A stretch of 64,000 nucleotides of DNA. Source: Octopus sinensis (lineage: Eukaryota). The DNA lies in assembly GCF_006345805.1 (NCBI RefSeq), contig NC_043014.1:28582001-28646000 (forward strand). Reading direction: 5' to 3'. How positions within the stretch are numbered: position 1 is the first letter of the stretch; each line of letters begins with the position of its first letter. The position numbers were made by a program, and so were the translations under genes. The notes below the pieces were generated by a model. The model had not been told where the DNA came from and made no database searches. It was given only the letters and a program-made list of their open reading frames with translations. Shown piece after piece: positions 1 through 11,479 of this stretch.

Positions 1-175
1 ATGTATATTAATGACGAGACGATTACAATGCAAGATGACCCACAGCATAAGTTGGTGGATTTGGTAACAACATTTTCTTTCTGTTTCATTTATACGCCAT
101 TAATCGCTTAGTTAAATTAATATAAGACACCTACGTATACCTATCATGATAAAATTAATACACATACTCTCTCTC

Positions 176-395
176 TCCCTCTTTACTCTTTTACTTGTTT
201 CATTCATTTGACTGCGGCCATGCTGGAGCACCGCCTTTAATCGAGCCACTCGACCCCGGGACTTATTCTTTGCAAGCCCAGTACTTATTCTATCGGTCTC
301 TTTTGCCGAACCGCTAAGTAACGGGGACATAAACACACCAGCATCGGTTGTCAAGCAATGCTAGGGGAACTAACACAAACACACAAACACACACA

Positions 396-444
<49 letters not shown>

Positions 445-577
445 CGACGGGCTCACAAGGCTTTGGTTGGCTCGAGGCTATAGTAGGACACTTGCCCAAG
501 TTGCCACGCAGTGGGACTGAACCCGGAACCTTGTGGTTGGTAAACAAGCTACTTACCACACAGCCACTCCTGCGCCT
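176..577 (-). mobile_element. tRNA-derived CORE-type SINE (octopus OR2-like), internal (TA)n, (TTTAC)n tail
   Basis: Minus strand reads GGCGCAGGAGTGGCTGTGTGGTAAG (A box) ... GGTTCAGTCCC (B box) ... CTTGGGCAAGTG (CORE-like), ending GCTCCAGCATGGCCGCAGTCAAATGAATGAAACAAGTAAAAGAG. Matches copies at 53543, 54806 and 59721. Confidence 0.85.
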
Positions 578-3500
578 ATTCATGATACATATATACGTAT
601 CATGAACAATTCCATCACAATGCTGTTTTATACCCAAGAAAAGGATGTTATACTAGTAAAGCAAGTTAAGGAAATCGTTAGAAAATCATTTAATTAGCTT
701 TTGTGCTCTGTGCTCCTTATTGCTAAATAACGAAGCTATTCTGAATATATCTTCATCTTGCAACCACACCAGTTACCACATCTTTAACCATTCTTTACCA
801 AATCTAGAGTTGAATTTTCATCTGCACAACACTTTCCTTCAGTTGATACGCAGAACAAGCTGTTATTTTAAATTCGTCATCATGTATACAGAAAAATTAT
901 AAAACTATCAGTTTCCATCTGTTCTACGTGAATATACGGCAGATTTTTTACATTTGATGCAATACACAAAACGATCTGTAGATTAAAGGTGTCATTATTC
1001 TATCTCTTTTGTGCCAAATGTCCTTATTTCCTGTAACAACCCGTTATCTTTTTAGTTTTTCTATCATCTATATAAAGAGAATGTAGGTCATTTGGTTGCT
1101 TTCAGATAACACAATGGTCTGAAAAGAAAGTTTCGAAACTGCAAAGAATACAAAAATATAAAATTATAATCATTTTGTTTGACATTGCTGATACATTATG
1201 AGAATCAGATGTATATTAGTCAATTATATCTAGTTATGCCACATAAATATCTTGAAACTTTTGTCTATACAGTAGAACATTAAAGATTAATAATGTAACA
1301 ATATCTCCGAATACATTCTTTATCATTACCATTTAATACTAAGCACAGGAGATTGAGGTTAAACTTCTTCCTCGCTGTGTTAGCGGTTTATATTAAATAC
1401 GGATATTTGGTGTCAAATTATTGATAATGTGAATAAAATTAAAATGAGGATTAATTAATTTTATATGTAAGACTAGGTTTCAAAGATTTTCCAACATTTG
1501 AAACATATTCTCGGTCTAATGATACAAGTTACCAAACTGTATCGTCGACCTTATCATAATGGGAAGCAGAATCTGCTCACATGGGCATTACCACTATCAC
1601 ATAGATGATGTTACAGATTCATGTATATATAATGTTTGAGTAGGGACCCATTTTCGCATTTCCATAAATGCTTCTTCACCGATAATGCCTTTTATATTTA
1701 AAAAAAACCCTGAATATGTGTTCTCTTGGTGACAGGTATTCACAAGCATAATTTCTTTCCTAGATGTCCGTAAATAGAAATACTGAGTATTCAAAATAAT
1801 GTGCAATGAGACAATTCGATCATCAGTAGCTTGAACACAAATCTATAACAACATCGCAACCTTGTTACTTGGATCAAACTGTATATTTCAAAATGAACCA
1901 TTTATATCTTAACCCAGCTCAGATACATTTGCTATTAAAGCGTTACGTCAATCGTTTGAAATAGGAGTTTAATCATTAGAAATATTATTGGAATGTTTTG
2001 TTAGCCTTCCATCACAAATTACTCCTCTCGTCTGCTTGTCTCTATGTATGTCTGTCCGTCCCTATCTCTCTCTTCTATAGATATTTTAAAGTATATTACT
2101 CTCCTGAGTTGAACCATGCTATATACCTTGACTGCACAACAAAATTGCATGGCTCTTGTTCCCAAAATATATATTAATTTTCTACATTCCTAACTAAATA
2201 CTTTTCATTCATTTCGTTCTAAAATTACCTTTACTTTAGAAATCTCGTTTTTCTATTGAATAGTAACCAACTTGAAAGATCAAATTAACATGTATCATAA
2301 AAACCTTTGCCCATTCAAGACATCTTGAATAAATGTTCTTTCTATCCTACTGGAACTAACATTAAAATCCAGACGATGAAATCTAAAATATAATTTTAAC
2401 TTTGAAAAGAAGCCATATTAATGTTGTGCTATAGTCAGGTAAGGAACGATTTCATTACAGATAGAGGTTTTTTTTACAGGTAATTATATAGCCCAGTACT
2501 AATTGCTTTTGATCGAGTGGTTGGCTTGCCCAGTGAAAGTGGCGTGTGGGTACTCATAGCCCACAAATCCTGTCAAAGATGGACCAGTGCTCCTTGAAAG
2601 TCAACACACCGATAACCAAAGAATGAGATGGGCGCCATAAGCATTGTGAAGACAAATGTACATTTGGAAAGGAATTTACACCAACATCGTACTGGAAAAC
2701 ACAAAACTGAGCGGAAACGAAAAGATTGTTAAAAAAATTAGGTATTCCGACGACAAGAATGATATGGAACGACTAAATAGAAGAATAGGAGACAATTTAA
2801 TTTAGTAAAATTGTTCTTAAATGTTTGATAGTTCTCAACTGACTCAATAAAAGGCACCTAAAATAAATAAATAAGAGAGATCGTATATAAGAGGCAAATA
2901 TTTAATATCGAATTGAAATAGTAGAGTATTTTTTTCCATAAAAATCATTGATTGATCGTAAATAAAAAATAAACTTAATAGAAAACAAAGTACAGTAGAG
3001 TTGCTGCAGATAATTGTGAGCTAACCTGTATATAGTACTGTACCTATTTTCATGCTTGCAGGTTCAAAGTTTGAATATCTCTTTGGTTTGATTTGAATAG
3101 GCTATATTTTTATACGTAATTTTATATATACACAATAGGTTATTAAATGTTTATCATAGGTACAGTCTGTATAGAACAAATATGAATACAATCAGCAAAA
3201 TCGTAAGAATTGGCACATGACAACCATATTTCTGGCAAATAGTCAGGTGTTTGACGTTTATATTTTAATTATAAAAGTTTTCATATTAACTCATGTTATC
3301 GGAAGAATACATGAGACATTATATGGTGTCGTTTCTTTTCATTTTAAAATATTTACCTTATAATTAATTTAAGATATTACCCTTAAACAAAAATGCTATA
3401 GGCCCTCAGTTAACAATTTTTCACTATCTTATGTATCACATTTTGATTGAAGACAGCATTAATATAATTTAAATGAAAGGATCGCTAAGACATTGAAAAT

Positions 3501-3895
3501 TGTAAATGTAATGGAATAATTTTCTTGTATACATGTGCTGTCTGTTAGTTTTAAGTGAATAGAATTATGACGTATGGGTAAATTTGTACAGTATATTTTT
3601 ACTCTATGATACTCATCCTCTGAAAGAAAAATAGTTTGCTTTAATTACAACACCCTTTCAAAATAATCTCTTGAACAGCATCAGTGTAAATATAGAAAAC
3701 TGTTCCTTTTGTTTTTCGAAATTCTGATCATGGAAAAAAACTATTTTATAAATGTGATTATAAAAGTAACTCTCCGCTCAAGCTTGATAGGCTGATACGC
3801 ATTCATCAACTCTTTCCAATAAGAGACGAATTGTCAATTTGAAACTTGCACTGAACGTTAAATGTCCTGAATCAAGAAGTTATAACCTGAATTTA

Positions 3896-4440
3896 GAAGG
3901 CGGCGAGCTGGCAGAAACGTTAGCACGCCGGGCGAAATGCTTAGCGGTATTTCGTCTGCCGCTACGTTCTGAGTTCAAACTCCGCCGAGGTTGACTTTGC
4001 CTTTCATCCTTTCGGGGTCGATTAAATAAGTACCAGTTACGCACTGTGGGTAATACCTAGTTACGCCCCTTGTGGGGACTAAAGAAATAGGTATTTTGTC
4101 TGTCGCTACGTTCCGAGTTCAAATTCCATCGAGGTCGACTTTGCTTTTCATCCTTTCAGGATCGATAAATTAAGTACCAGTTACGCACTGGGGTCGATGT
4201 AATCGACTCAATCCGTTTATCTGTTCTTGTTTGTCCCCTCTGTGTTTAGCCTCTTGTGGGTAGTAAAGAAATAGGTATTTCGTCTGCCGTTACGTTCTGA
4301 GTTCAAATTCGACTTTGCCTTTCATCCTTTCGGGGTCGATAAACTAAGTACCAGTTACGCACTGGGGTCGATATAATTGACTTAATCCGTTTGTCTGTCC
4401 TTGTTTGTCCCCTCTGTGTTTAGCCCCTTGTAGGCAATAA
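3896..4440 (+). mobile_element. Meta-domain-like tRNA SINE, polymeric: one head plus three tandem body/tail units
   Basis: Head GAAGGCGGCGAGCTGGCAGAAACGTTAGC; GAGTTCAAA B box; CTTTCATCCTTTCGGGGTCGATAAA..AAGTACCAG central domain three times. Units restart at GGTATTT (4090, 4274). Flanks GAATTTAGAAG (3889) / GAATTTATAAG (4441) resemble a TSD. Confidence 0.85.
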
Positions 4441-5609
4441 GAATTTATAAGCTGCTGTATGTACTGATTCCTTCCAGGTACTCAAGACAATATCATATGG
4501 CATTAATCTAGTTTTGCTAGAGCACAATGTTTCATTCACCCTCTTTAGTTTACTCCTTTGTAATTCGATTTGAAATCCTATAAGCATAAAAACAACTGAA
4601 ATCTGCAAGCAAAAATAGACTCGTGACAAACATTTACTCTTGGTTTAGCAGCATTTTAATTTTGCTCCATTTGATGGGTAAATGTAACAATAACATCTAC
4701 AGCTGCTGCCGACTGATGAACATTTATGGATAGTGTTTTGTTGTTTTTCTGTGGCGGGGCGGGCGTAAATTATTCTTTTCGAATATTTATGAGATACGAA
4801 CCTCCTCCCGATACTTTGTCCATTATCTTAGACTGTAAACTCCATAAAGTAGCAGCCATTGATGCATAACTCATCGTTGCATTGTTTCGGTTTGATACTC
4901 TTTACTCTGTCACTTCACCTCTTTAAAGCTAGCATTTCACATGTCTCCAGGATTTCCAAAGTGACTGACTCGGGTCGTTAATTCTATATTTTTTTTATTC
5001 ACTCCTTAAAACAAAGCAATAAATAAACAAAATGAGGATATAACAATGTAATATCGATCAGATACTAGGCATTTTATTACGGAGGTTCTTTTGTTGCTAA
5101 GATAGAAATGGCAAAAATAGGTTCGTGTTTCAACATCGCGCTCTATAAATTTCGGAGAAATGAAAAGAAAAAACCCCTTCTTCCTATTTCACAAAAAGAC
5201 TACCAATAAAGCTGAGGGGACAGGAGCACCAGTCGGTGTCGTCATACATGCTTAGCAAGTGGACTTGTCACTAGAAAGTAGTACGAGGAGCAGCTCTCCC
5301 TTATGCACATAAATCAATATATTTGATAATCGAATGGGATCCTCTAGCACACATGCAGTCAGAATCCTTGCGGGCCTCTCGAATTTACCTTCTACAAAGT
5401 AATGCTCAGAGAGGACCATCATCGTATTTATCAGAGCACTTAGTTAGAATGCATATCAATGGCCATCTTCACTACCATTGTTAGTGAAGAAATAATTAAA
5501 TAGTAATTAAGTTATATAATATCAGCAATTGTTTTAATGTTTATATATTAAGGTGGCAAGCTGGCAGAATTGTTACCACATCAGACAAAATGCTATGCGC
5601 CATTTCTAC

Positions 5610-6378
5610 TGGAAGGTAATAGAGCAGAGATAAAAGGAACGATGTGAGAAGGTGCACTCAAAAAGCGACTTAGCTGGAACGATTTGAGGCGTGTGGCACC
5701 TCTTAGAATAAGTTTTATCTTCAGCTCTGTCTATGATCTCCTGCCTTCGAATATGAACCTAGTGAAGTGGCGCAAATCAGGTAATCCTGAATGACAATTC
5801 TGTCGGGGTAGGTAGACAATGAAACATGTTCTGGTTTCCTGCAGTGTAACACTAACCCAAGAAAGATACACGTGGAGGCATAATCGAGTGCTTAAGGAGA
5901 TCGTATGCGTGATAAGTATTTCGAGAATAAAACCAAAATCTCCAACAACATTCTAGCGTCAGAAGGCAGTAAATTATGGCCAGGAACAGCTATGCCATAT
6001 GGGGCACGGGAATGGAGACTTCTGAGTGTAAGGATGACTGGGAGCCAACCTTATAGGATCATCAAAAAACAATCAGGAAGAGTACTCCATTCCATTTCAT
6101 TAAAGCAACTGATTTTGATTGAACTCACCGTAACGTTTGAAATAAGAACAGAAGAAGCACACTGAAAAACACGCCATTGTGGCCAACAGCCTGAAGGAAG
6201 CAAACCTCCGAGTCAAGGTACTCGTCATTGAGATTGGAGTCAGAGGTTTTGTGGGCAATACTGCTTACGATCTAATGAAACAACACTCAGTTTCTGGAAA
6301 GAACAAGGCGAAAGCTCTAAAAGCAATATCAGAAATAATAAAGAGATGATCCAACTGAATCTGGTCGAGGAGGCACAA
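5610..6378 (+). mobile_element. HERO-clade non-LTR retrotransposon relic, 3' part (zinc knuckle + restriction-like endonuclease)
   Basis: Translations across stops/frameshifts: LSWNDL..SVYDLLPSNMNLVKW, KHVLVSC..ERYTWRHNRVL, KQLILIELTV.FE, IEIGVRGF, NWIWSRR. These match the HERO ORF C-terminus pattern (YDVLPSP.NL..W; RY.WRH..VL; ELTVPWE; EVGCRGF; WLW.RR). Confidence 0.8.
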
Positions 6379-6393
6379 AACGCCCTTCATACC

Positions 6394-6522
6394 TATTTCT
6401 TTATTACCCACAAGGGGCTGAACATAGAGGGGACAAACATGGACAGACATGGGTATTAAGTCGATTATATCGACCCCAGTGCTTAACTGGTACTTAATTT
6501 ATCGACCCCGAGAGGATGAAAG
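6394..6522 (-). mobile_element. 5'-truncated Meta-like SINE with perfect 15-bp TSD
   Basis: AACGCCCTTCATACC at 6379-6393 and 6523-6537 flanks the reverse complement of the SINE 3' 129 nt. Confidence 0.9.
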
Positions 6523-6854
6523 AACGCCCTTCATACCGTTTAAAAGAAATATTTTTGTGTTTTAGCGCTAAGGGAAGTAACTCTCAGTAAGTCAGTGTGA
6601 TAGCGTTGACGTTTCAAGCCTACAGTGACTGCCAACATTATTTCTTCTTTCAATGTAAGTTTGAAAGCTGAGTCAACTGAAAGGCGTTACAATTATATAA
6701 AATCTCCAGGCAATCTAAATGCACAAGTCTTCAAGTGGCTAAAAAGTGTCATCAGAAAGATACCCAGCCCCCTTAGAGAGTAAGAAGATAAGGGATGAAA
6801 CACTTGCCTGTTGGGGGTTTCTTTTGTGGAGACCTACTGCTGTTCAGCTTATAT

Positions 6855-7075
6855 TGAGAGTTTCTTATCACTGAGTTCAAATTTCACCGAAGTTGGCTTT
6901 GTCTTTCATCCCTTTCAGGGTTGATAAACTGAATACTAATTGAGAAACGACATCAATGCATTACGTCCTTTCTGGGTCGATAAAATATGTAGTAATTGAG
7001 GACTGAGGTCATTGTAATCGACTAGCCGCCCCCCACCTGATAAAATTTCAGGCGTTGTGCCTGCAGTTGAAAGAA
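6855..7075 (+). mobile_element. degenerate Meta-like SINE pieces
   Basis: CTGAGTTCAAATTTCACCGAAG..CTTTCATCC and GGGTCGATAAAATATGTAG..CAGGCGTTGTGCCT resemble the family consensus. Confidence 0.6.
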
Positions 7076-8159
7076 TTGCGTTTAGTTATTTGCATCTACA
7101 GCTAATTCTATAATTGTATATTTCCATCTATAATCCAAGGAAGCGCTGTAGAAAGAAATGGCCTCTAATAATGAAGCGAAAAAAGATAATGATGGTTCCA
7201 AATTTTGGCACAAGTCCAGCATTTTAAGGGGACGGAATGAGCTCTAAGATTTTGCAATCGTGAGTGCCACATACAAACGACCAGGCCACGTCCTCAGTGT
7301 ATGTGTATATATATATATCTAATACTATAAATTATATATCATACATGAATGCATATATGCACGTACATATGTATTTGTGAGTAAATGCGTTTGCACATGT
7401 ATTCGTGTATGTGTATGTACATATGTGTGTGTAAGTATGTATATATAGTCATACACATATATATTATACAAATACAGACAACACACTCTTTGTCTTATAA
7501 GTGTATACGTGTGGACTGTACATTTAGTCTGAGTTTCGTATTCTAAGAATTCGCACAAATAACTAAAACTGCTTTTTGATAACATTTAATCTAAACTAAG
7601 CGTTCTTATAAATAGTGTTTGGCGTAAGGCCAGATAGTTATAGGTGTTTTCAATTGATTTCCAGTATATTACGAAGAGGGAAAACCAAAGTCGACTACAG
7701 TGGTTCGTAAAGTCATGTTGTATATAGATTAACCAAATAATTTGAGACATTTTGCTCGGTCTTAACACGACCCGGCTATTCAGCGCCATCCACTCATATA
7801 ACTATAAACGACCTATCAACATAACTCAGTGAATAAAACGTTCCTTATATATCCTATATCGCTAATCCTTAGCAGAACCATACGATATCACCTAGACATG
7901 CATTAAATTCAAATCATCTACTCTACACGAAACAGAATAACAAACCACTTTATTCTACAGTAGTATTACGGTAATGTGATCTAGGATTAGACGGAGATTG
8001 CTTACTTAGTCAAAGTGCGGGAGCAATTAACTTACGTGTATGTATGTATGTATATATATATGTATGTGTTTGTAGGTGTATGTGTGTGTGTGTATGTACA
8101 TATATATATATATGTGCATGTGCGCGCGCGCGTATCTCAGTGTGTGTGCGTGTCTTTGT

Positions 8160-8292
8160 GTGAACCTTCCATCATTTCGGGGTCGAGAAAATAAGTACCA
8201 GTTAAGAGCTGGGGCCGATGTAATCGACCAGTCCCTTCCCCAAAAAATTCAGGCCATGTCTTGTAGTAGAAGTTATTGTTGTTGTTATTGTC

Positions 8293-8346
<54 letters not shown>

Positions 8347-8476
8347 TTTATTAAAATGTGTACCAGTTGAACACTGGGGTCGATGTAATCAAGTCATCCC
8401 CTCTCCAAAAATTGCTGACCTTGTGGCAAAATTTGAAACCATTCTTCTTCTTCTTCTTCTTCTTCTTCTTCTTCTT
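8160..8476 (+). mobile_element. two 5'-truncated Meta-like SINE 3' ends, followed by (ATT)n and (CTT)n tracts
   Basis: GGGGTCGAGAAAATAAGTACCAG..GTAGTAGAAG then (TTA)n; TACCAGTTGAACACTGGGGTCGATG..AATTTGAAACCATT then (CTT)n. Confidence 0.75.
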
Positions 8477-8566
8477 GTTTTTATCATTACAATTAGTAGT
8501 CGTTTCGTTTTTAATATTACTATAATCATATTGCTATTACTACCTTTTCTAATTTCATTGTTATTA

Positions 8567-8602
<36 letters not shown>

Positions 8603-8851
8603 TGTTTTTTTTTGCTGAAGATACAAGCATATCATGTATGATGAAGTCGTTAAGCGCCCGAACAATGCATAATTTCATACATAATTAACCTTACATACTT
8701 TTAATGTGTAATGTGATTGGAAGTGGAGTCGTACTGAAGCAATTGGTACTGATGCGATGTTATTGCTTCATCTATATACCAGTATTATCAATATATCCAT
8801 CCATCCATCCATCTATCCATCCATCCATCTATCCATCCATCCATCCATCCA

Positions 8852-8885
<34 letters not shown>

Positions 8886-8920
8886 CATACATACATACAT
8901 ACATACATACATGCATGCAT

Positions 8921-8957
<37 letters not shown>

Positions 8958-8960
<3 letters not shown>

Positions 8961-10200
8961 GGTTGGCAACTAAGTTCGCGCCGTTTTTAAATCTAAATTT
9001 TTTAAAAGGTTTAATAAAAAATAACAACTAAATAATCAATAATGTATTCGCCCTTATTGTTTACAACTTCTTCCCAACGTTCAACAAGATTTTCAATACC
9101 TTGTTGATAGAAATCCCCCGCTTTCGACTCGAAAAACTGATCCAACCAAGCTTTCAATTCTGCATTGAACGAAACTCCGCGCATAGCATTTGAAAGAGAT
9201 CGAAAGAGGTGGAAATCCTTTGGTGCCAAATCAGGAGAGTATGGCGGGTGTGGCAGCACTTCCCAGCCATGCGTTTGAATGGCTTCCCTGGTCATATTGG
9301 TGATATGAGGGCAGGCGTTGTTGTGCAGCTGAAGAACTCCATGCTGCTGATTATTTCTTTTCTCTTGAATAGCCGTGTTGAGTCGTTCCATCTGTTGGAC
9401 ATAGAGTTAGTTCTGCGTTGACCGTTTGGTTCCGTTCAAGTAATTCGTAATGGATAAACCCTTCTCAGTCCCAACATACGCGCAACATCGTTTTAGGCGG
9501 ATGAAGATCTTGTTTCACGCGCGGTGTCGCTTATTCACCGGGGCTAAGCTATTCCTTACGCTGCTTCATATTGATGTACAGGCACCATATTCCGTCGCCA
9601 GTAACGATTCGGTAAAGCGAATCGTTGCTTGTGTCCATGAGTTGAGCGGTGACGAATAAGAAACCAGCGGAGATTGCGGCTCGTTGATTTTTGCTGTTGT
9701 CACTTAGAACATGCGGAACCCATGCTCCATACTTCGGAACCTTTGCCATCGAGTGAAGATGCTTCTCTATAGCAGTGTGGGATCATTCCATTTTCTCTGC
9801 CAGTTCCCTTGTCGTTTGATGAGAATTTTCGTGCAATAGTTGGTTTAATCTCTCTTCGTCGAACTTAACTGGACGATGAGAACGAGGTGCGTCTTTGAGG
9901 TCAAAATTTCCATTTTTGAACTCGGCATACCAAACAAATGTCGCGAGCAGCTTTTCCAGCCTTAGAACCTTGATTAAGAGCAAAAAGTAAGAGGTGTCGA
10001 AAATGCTCGTTTTTCTTAACTTGACATTCCATTTTAATGATCTGAAAATAAACAAAAATCGACTAAAATTAACTAGAAAAAAATACATTCCAAAATGATT
10101 CAAAAATAGAATTCTCAAAAAAGAAAATAGATTCCAAAATATAAAAACGCAATAAATTCCAAAATTTAAAAAAACGGCGGGAACTTAGTTGCCAACCCAA
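8958..10200 (-). mobile_element. near full-length mariner DNA transposon (mellifera-subfamily-like), TA TSD
   Basis: TIR TTGGGTTGGCAACTAAGTTC.CGCCGTTTTT at 8958 and its reverse complement ending at 10200; TA on both sides; length 1243 bp. Confidence 0.93.
9011..10032 (-). pseudogene. frameshifted mariner (DD34D) transposase
   Basis: N-terminus MECQVKKNEHFRHLLLF; WVPHVL; RIVTGDG; HNNACPH (second catalytic D replaced by N); PPYSPDLAPKDFHLF; RWEEVVNNKGEY. Split over three ORFs of the track. Confidence 0.9.
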
Positions 10201-10241
10201 TACACACACACACCACACACACCACACACACACACAACACA

Positions 10242-10330
<89 letters not shown>

Positions 10331-10416
10331 TAAAAAAGGAGATAAAAGGCAACAACAACGCGAGGACGTGGTACATGCAAAGTATTAATAAAACGCTCAG
10401 GGCAAGAAAGAAAATA

Positions 10417-10449
10417 CTTTACGTTTCAAGCAAAGCACTTCTTCAGAAA
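10417..10449 (-). ncRNA. minimal hammerhead ribozyme motif (core intact, stem II decayed)
   Basis: UUU-CUGAAGA-A-GUGC-UUU-GCUU-GAAA-CGUA^AAG. Confidence 0.55.
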
Positions 10450-10581
10450 CAGAAGACAGAGGAAAGTCCAAAAGAAAAGGATGAAGGAGGGAAAAATCGC
10501 CAACAATCCACATCTAGTGTCATTTTGGAATGATATCAATGAAATTTATTGAGTAACAAAAGACGAAGGAAATGAAAAAGT

Positions 10582-10617
10582 CTTTTACGTTTCGAGCCTA
10601 GGCTCTTCAACAGAAAG
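10582..10617 (-). ncRNA. minimal hammerhead ribozyme motif (helices intact, core A6>U)
   Basis: CUUU-CUGUUGA-A-GAGC-CUAG-GCUC-GAAA-CGUA^AAAG: 4-bp stem I, 4-bp stem II, palindromic ACGU stem III. Confidence 0.6.
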
Positions 10618-10633
10618 GAATAAGAGAAAATTA

Positions 10634-10725
<92 letters not shown>

Positions 10726-11479
10726 CATATATGTATATGCATATATATGTATACATAAGTATATATAAATATACATAAGAATATATGTATATATATTTAT
10801 ATACATATATACATACATATATATATGTGTGTGTGTGTGTACGTATATAAATACACACACGTATATGTGTGTATATATACATATATATGCATGTAAGTGT
10901 ATATATATGCACACACACATCACATACCACACCAACATCACCCCCCCACACACACATATATGTGTATAAATATATGCAAGTATGTATATGTGTGTATATG
11001 TTTGTATGTGTGTATGAATGTGTTGTGTGTGTATGTGTCAAGTTGTCCGGAATTTGGCTGGGTAACTTTATATTTTGAGCATAAAACACCCTCCGGCGTT
11101 GACTTTTGCTTTACATCCAGTTGGAGAATTTCATGTTTTCGCTTTCCATCGCTGAATTTCAGTCCATTCCGTTTGCAGCATGTATGTGCGTGCTAGAGTG
11201 TGTGACTGTGCGTGCATGTGCGTATGTGGGGGTTTGTTAGTGTGTTTGTGCGTGTCTGCGGATGTGCACATCTGCGTCACCTATCGAAATATAGACACGC
11301 AACATGGTTTTCTTGTTAAGAGACTCTTTCCACAACCATATTCTCTCAGGTTCATCCTTTTGGCTTCTCACTTTGTATTTTCTGAACAACGGTTAGTTTT
11401 TGCGGGATTTTGGAAATCAAAAGTTGTGCAACTGTAACAACTCCAAGATATTTCTCTTACTACGCACCGACAATATTTT

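Larger units (their letters stand above)
10335..10640 (-). mobile_element. two Penelope-like-element terminal (pLTR-type) fragments carrying hammerhead motifs
   Basis: Each fragment contains a CTGxxGA-A-stem-GAAACGTA motif on the minus strand in purine-rich context. GTATT..ACGCTCAG is shared with the fragment at 41047-41066. PLE assignment is inferred from the minimal hammerhead architecture. Confidence 0.55.

Noticed and set aside
1-63. Possible exon end YINDETITMQDDPQHKLVDL|GTAACA
   Set aside because: Cut by the window edge, moderate donor, peptide not recognised.
3020-3100. Good acceptor (CTAAC..TTTTCATGCTTGCAG)
   Set aside because: All frames stop within about 12 codons; cannot be linked to a gene from sequence alone.
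3896-4440. CRISPR-like impression from regularly repeated units
   Set aside because: Units are about 145-185-bp SINE bodies with no unique spacers; eukaryotic context; no cas genes.
4420-4629. 69-aa minus-strand ORF
   Set aside because: No recognisable motif; runs into the SINE; length within chance expectation.
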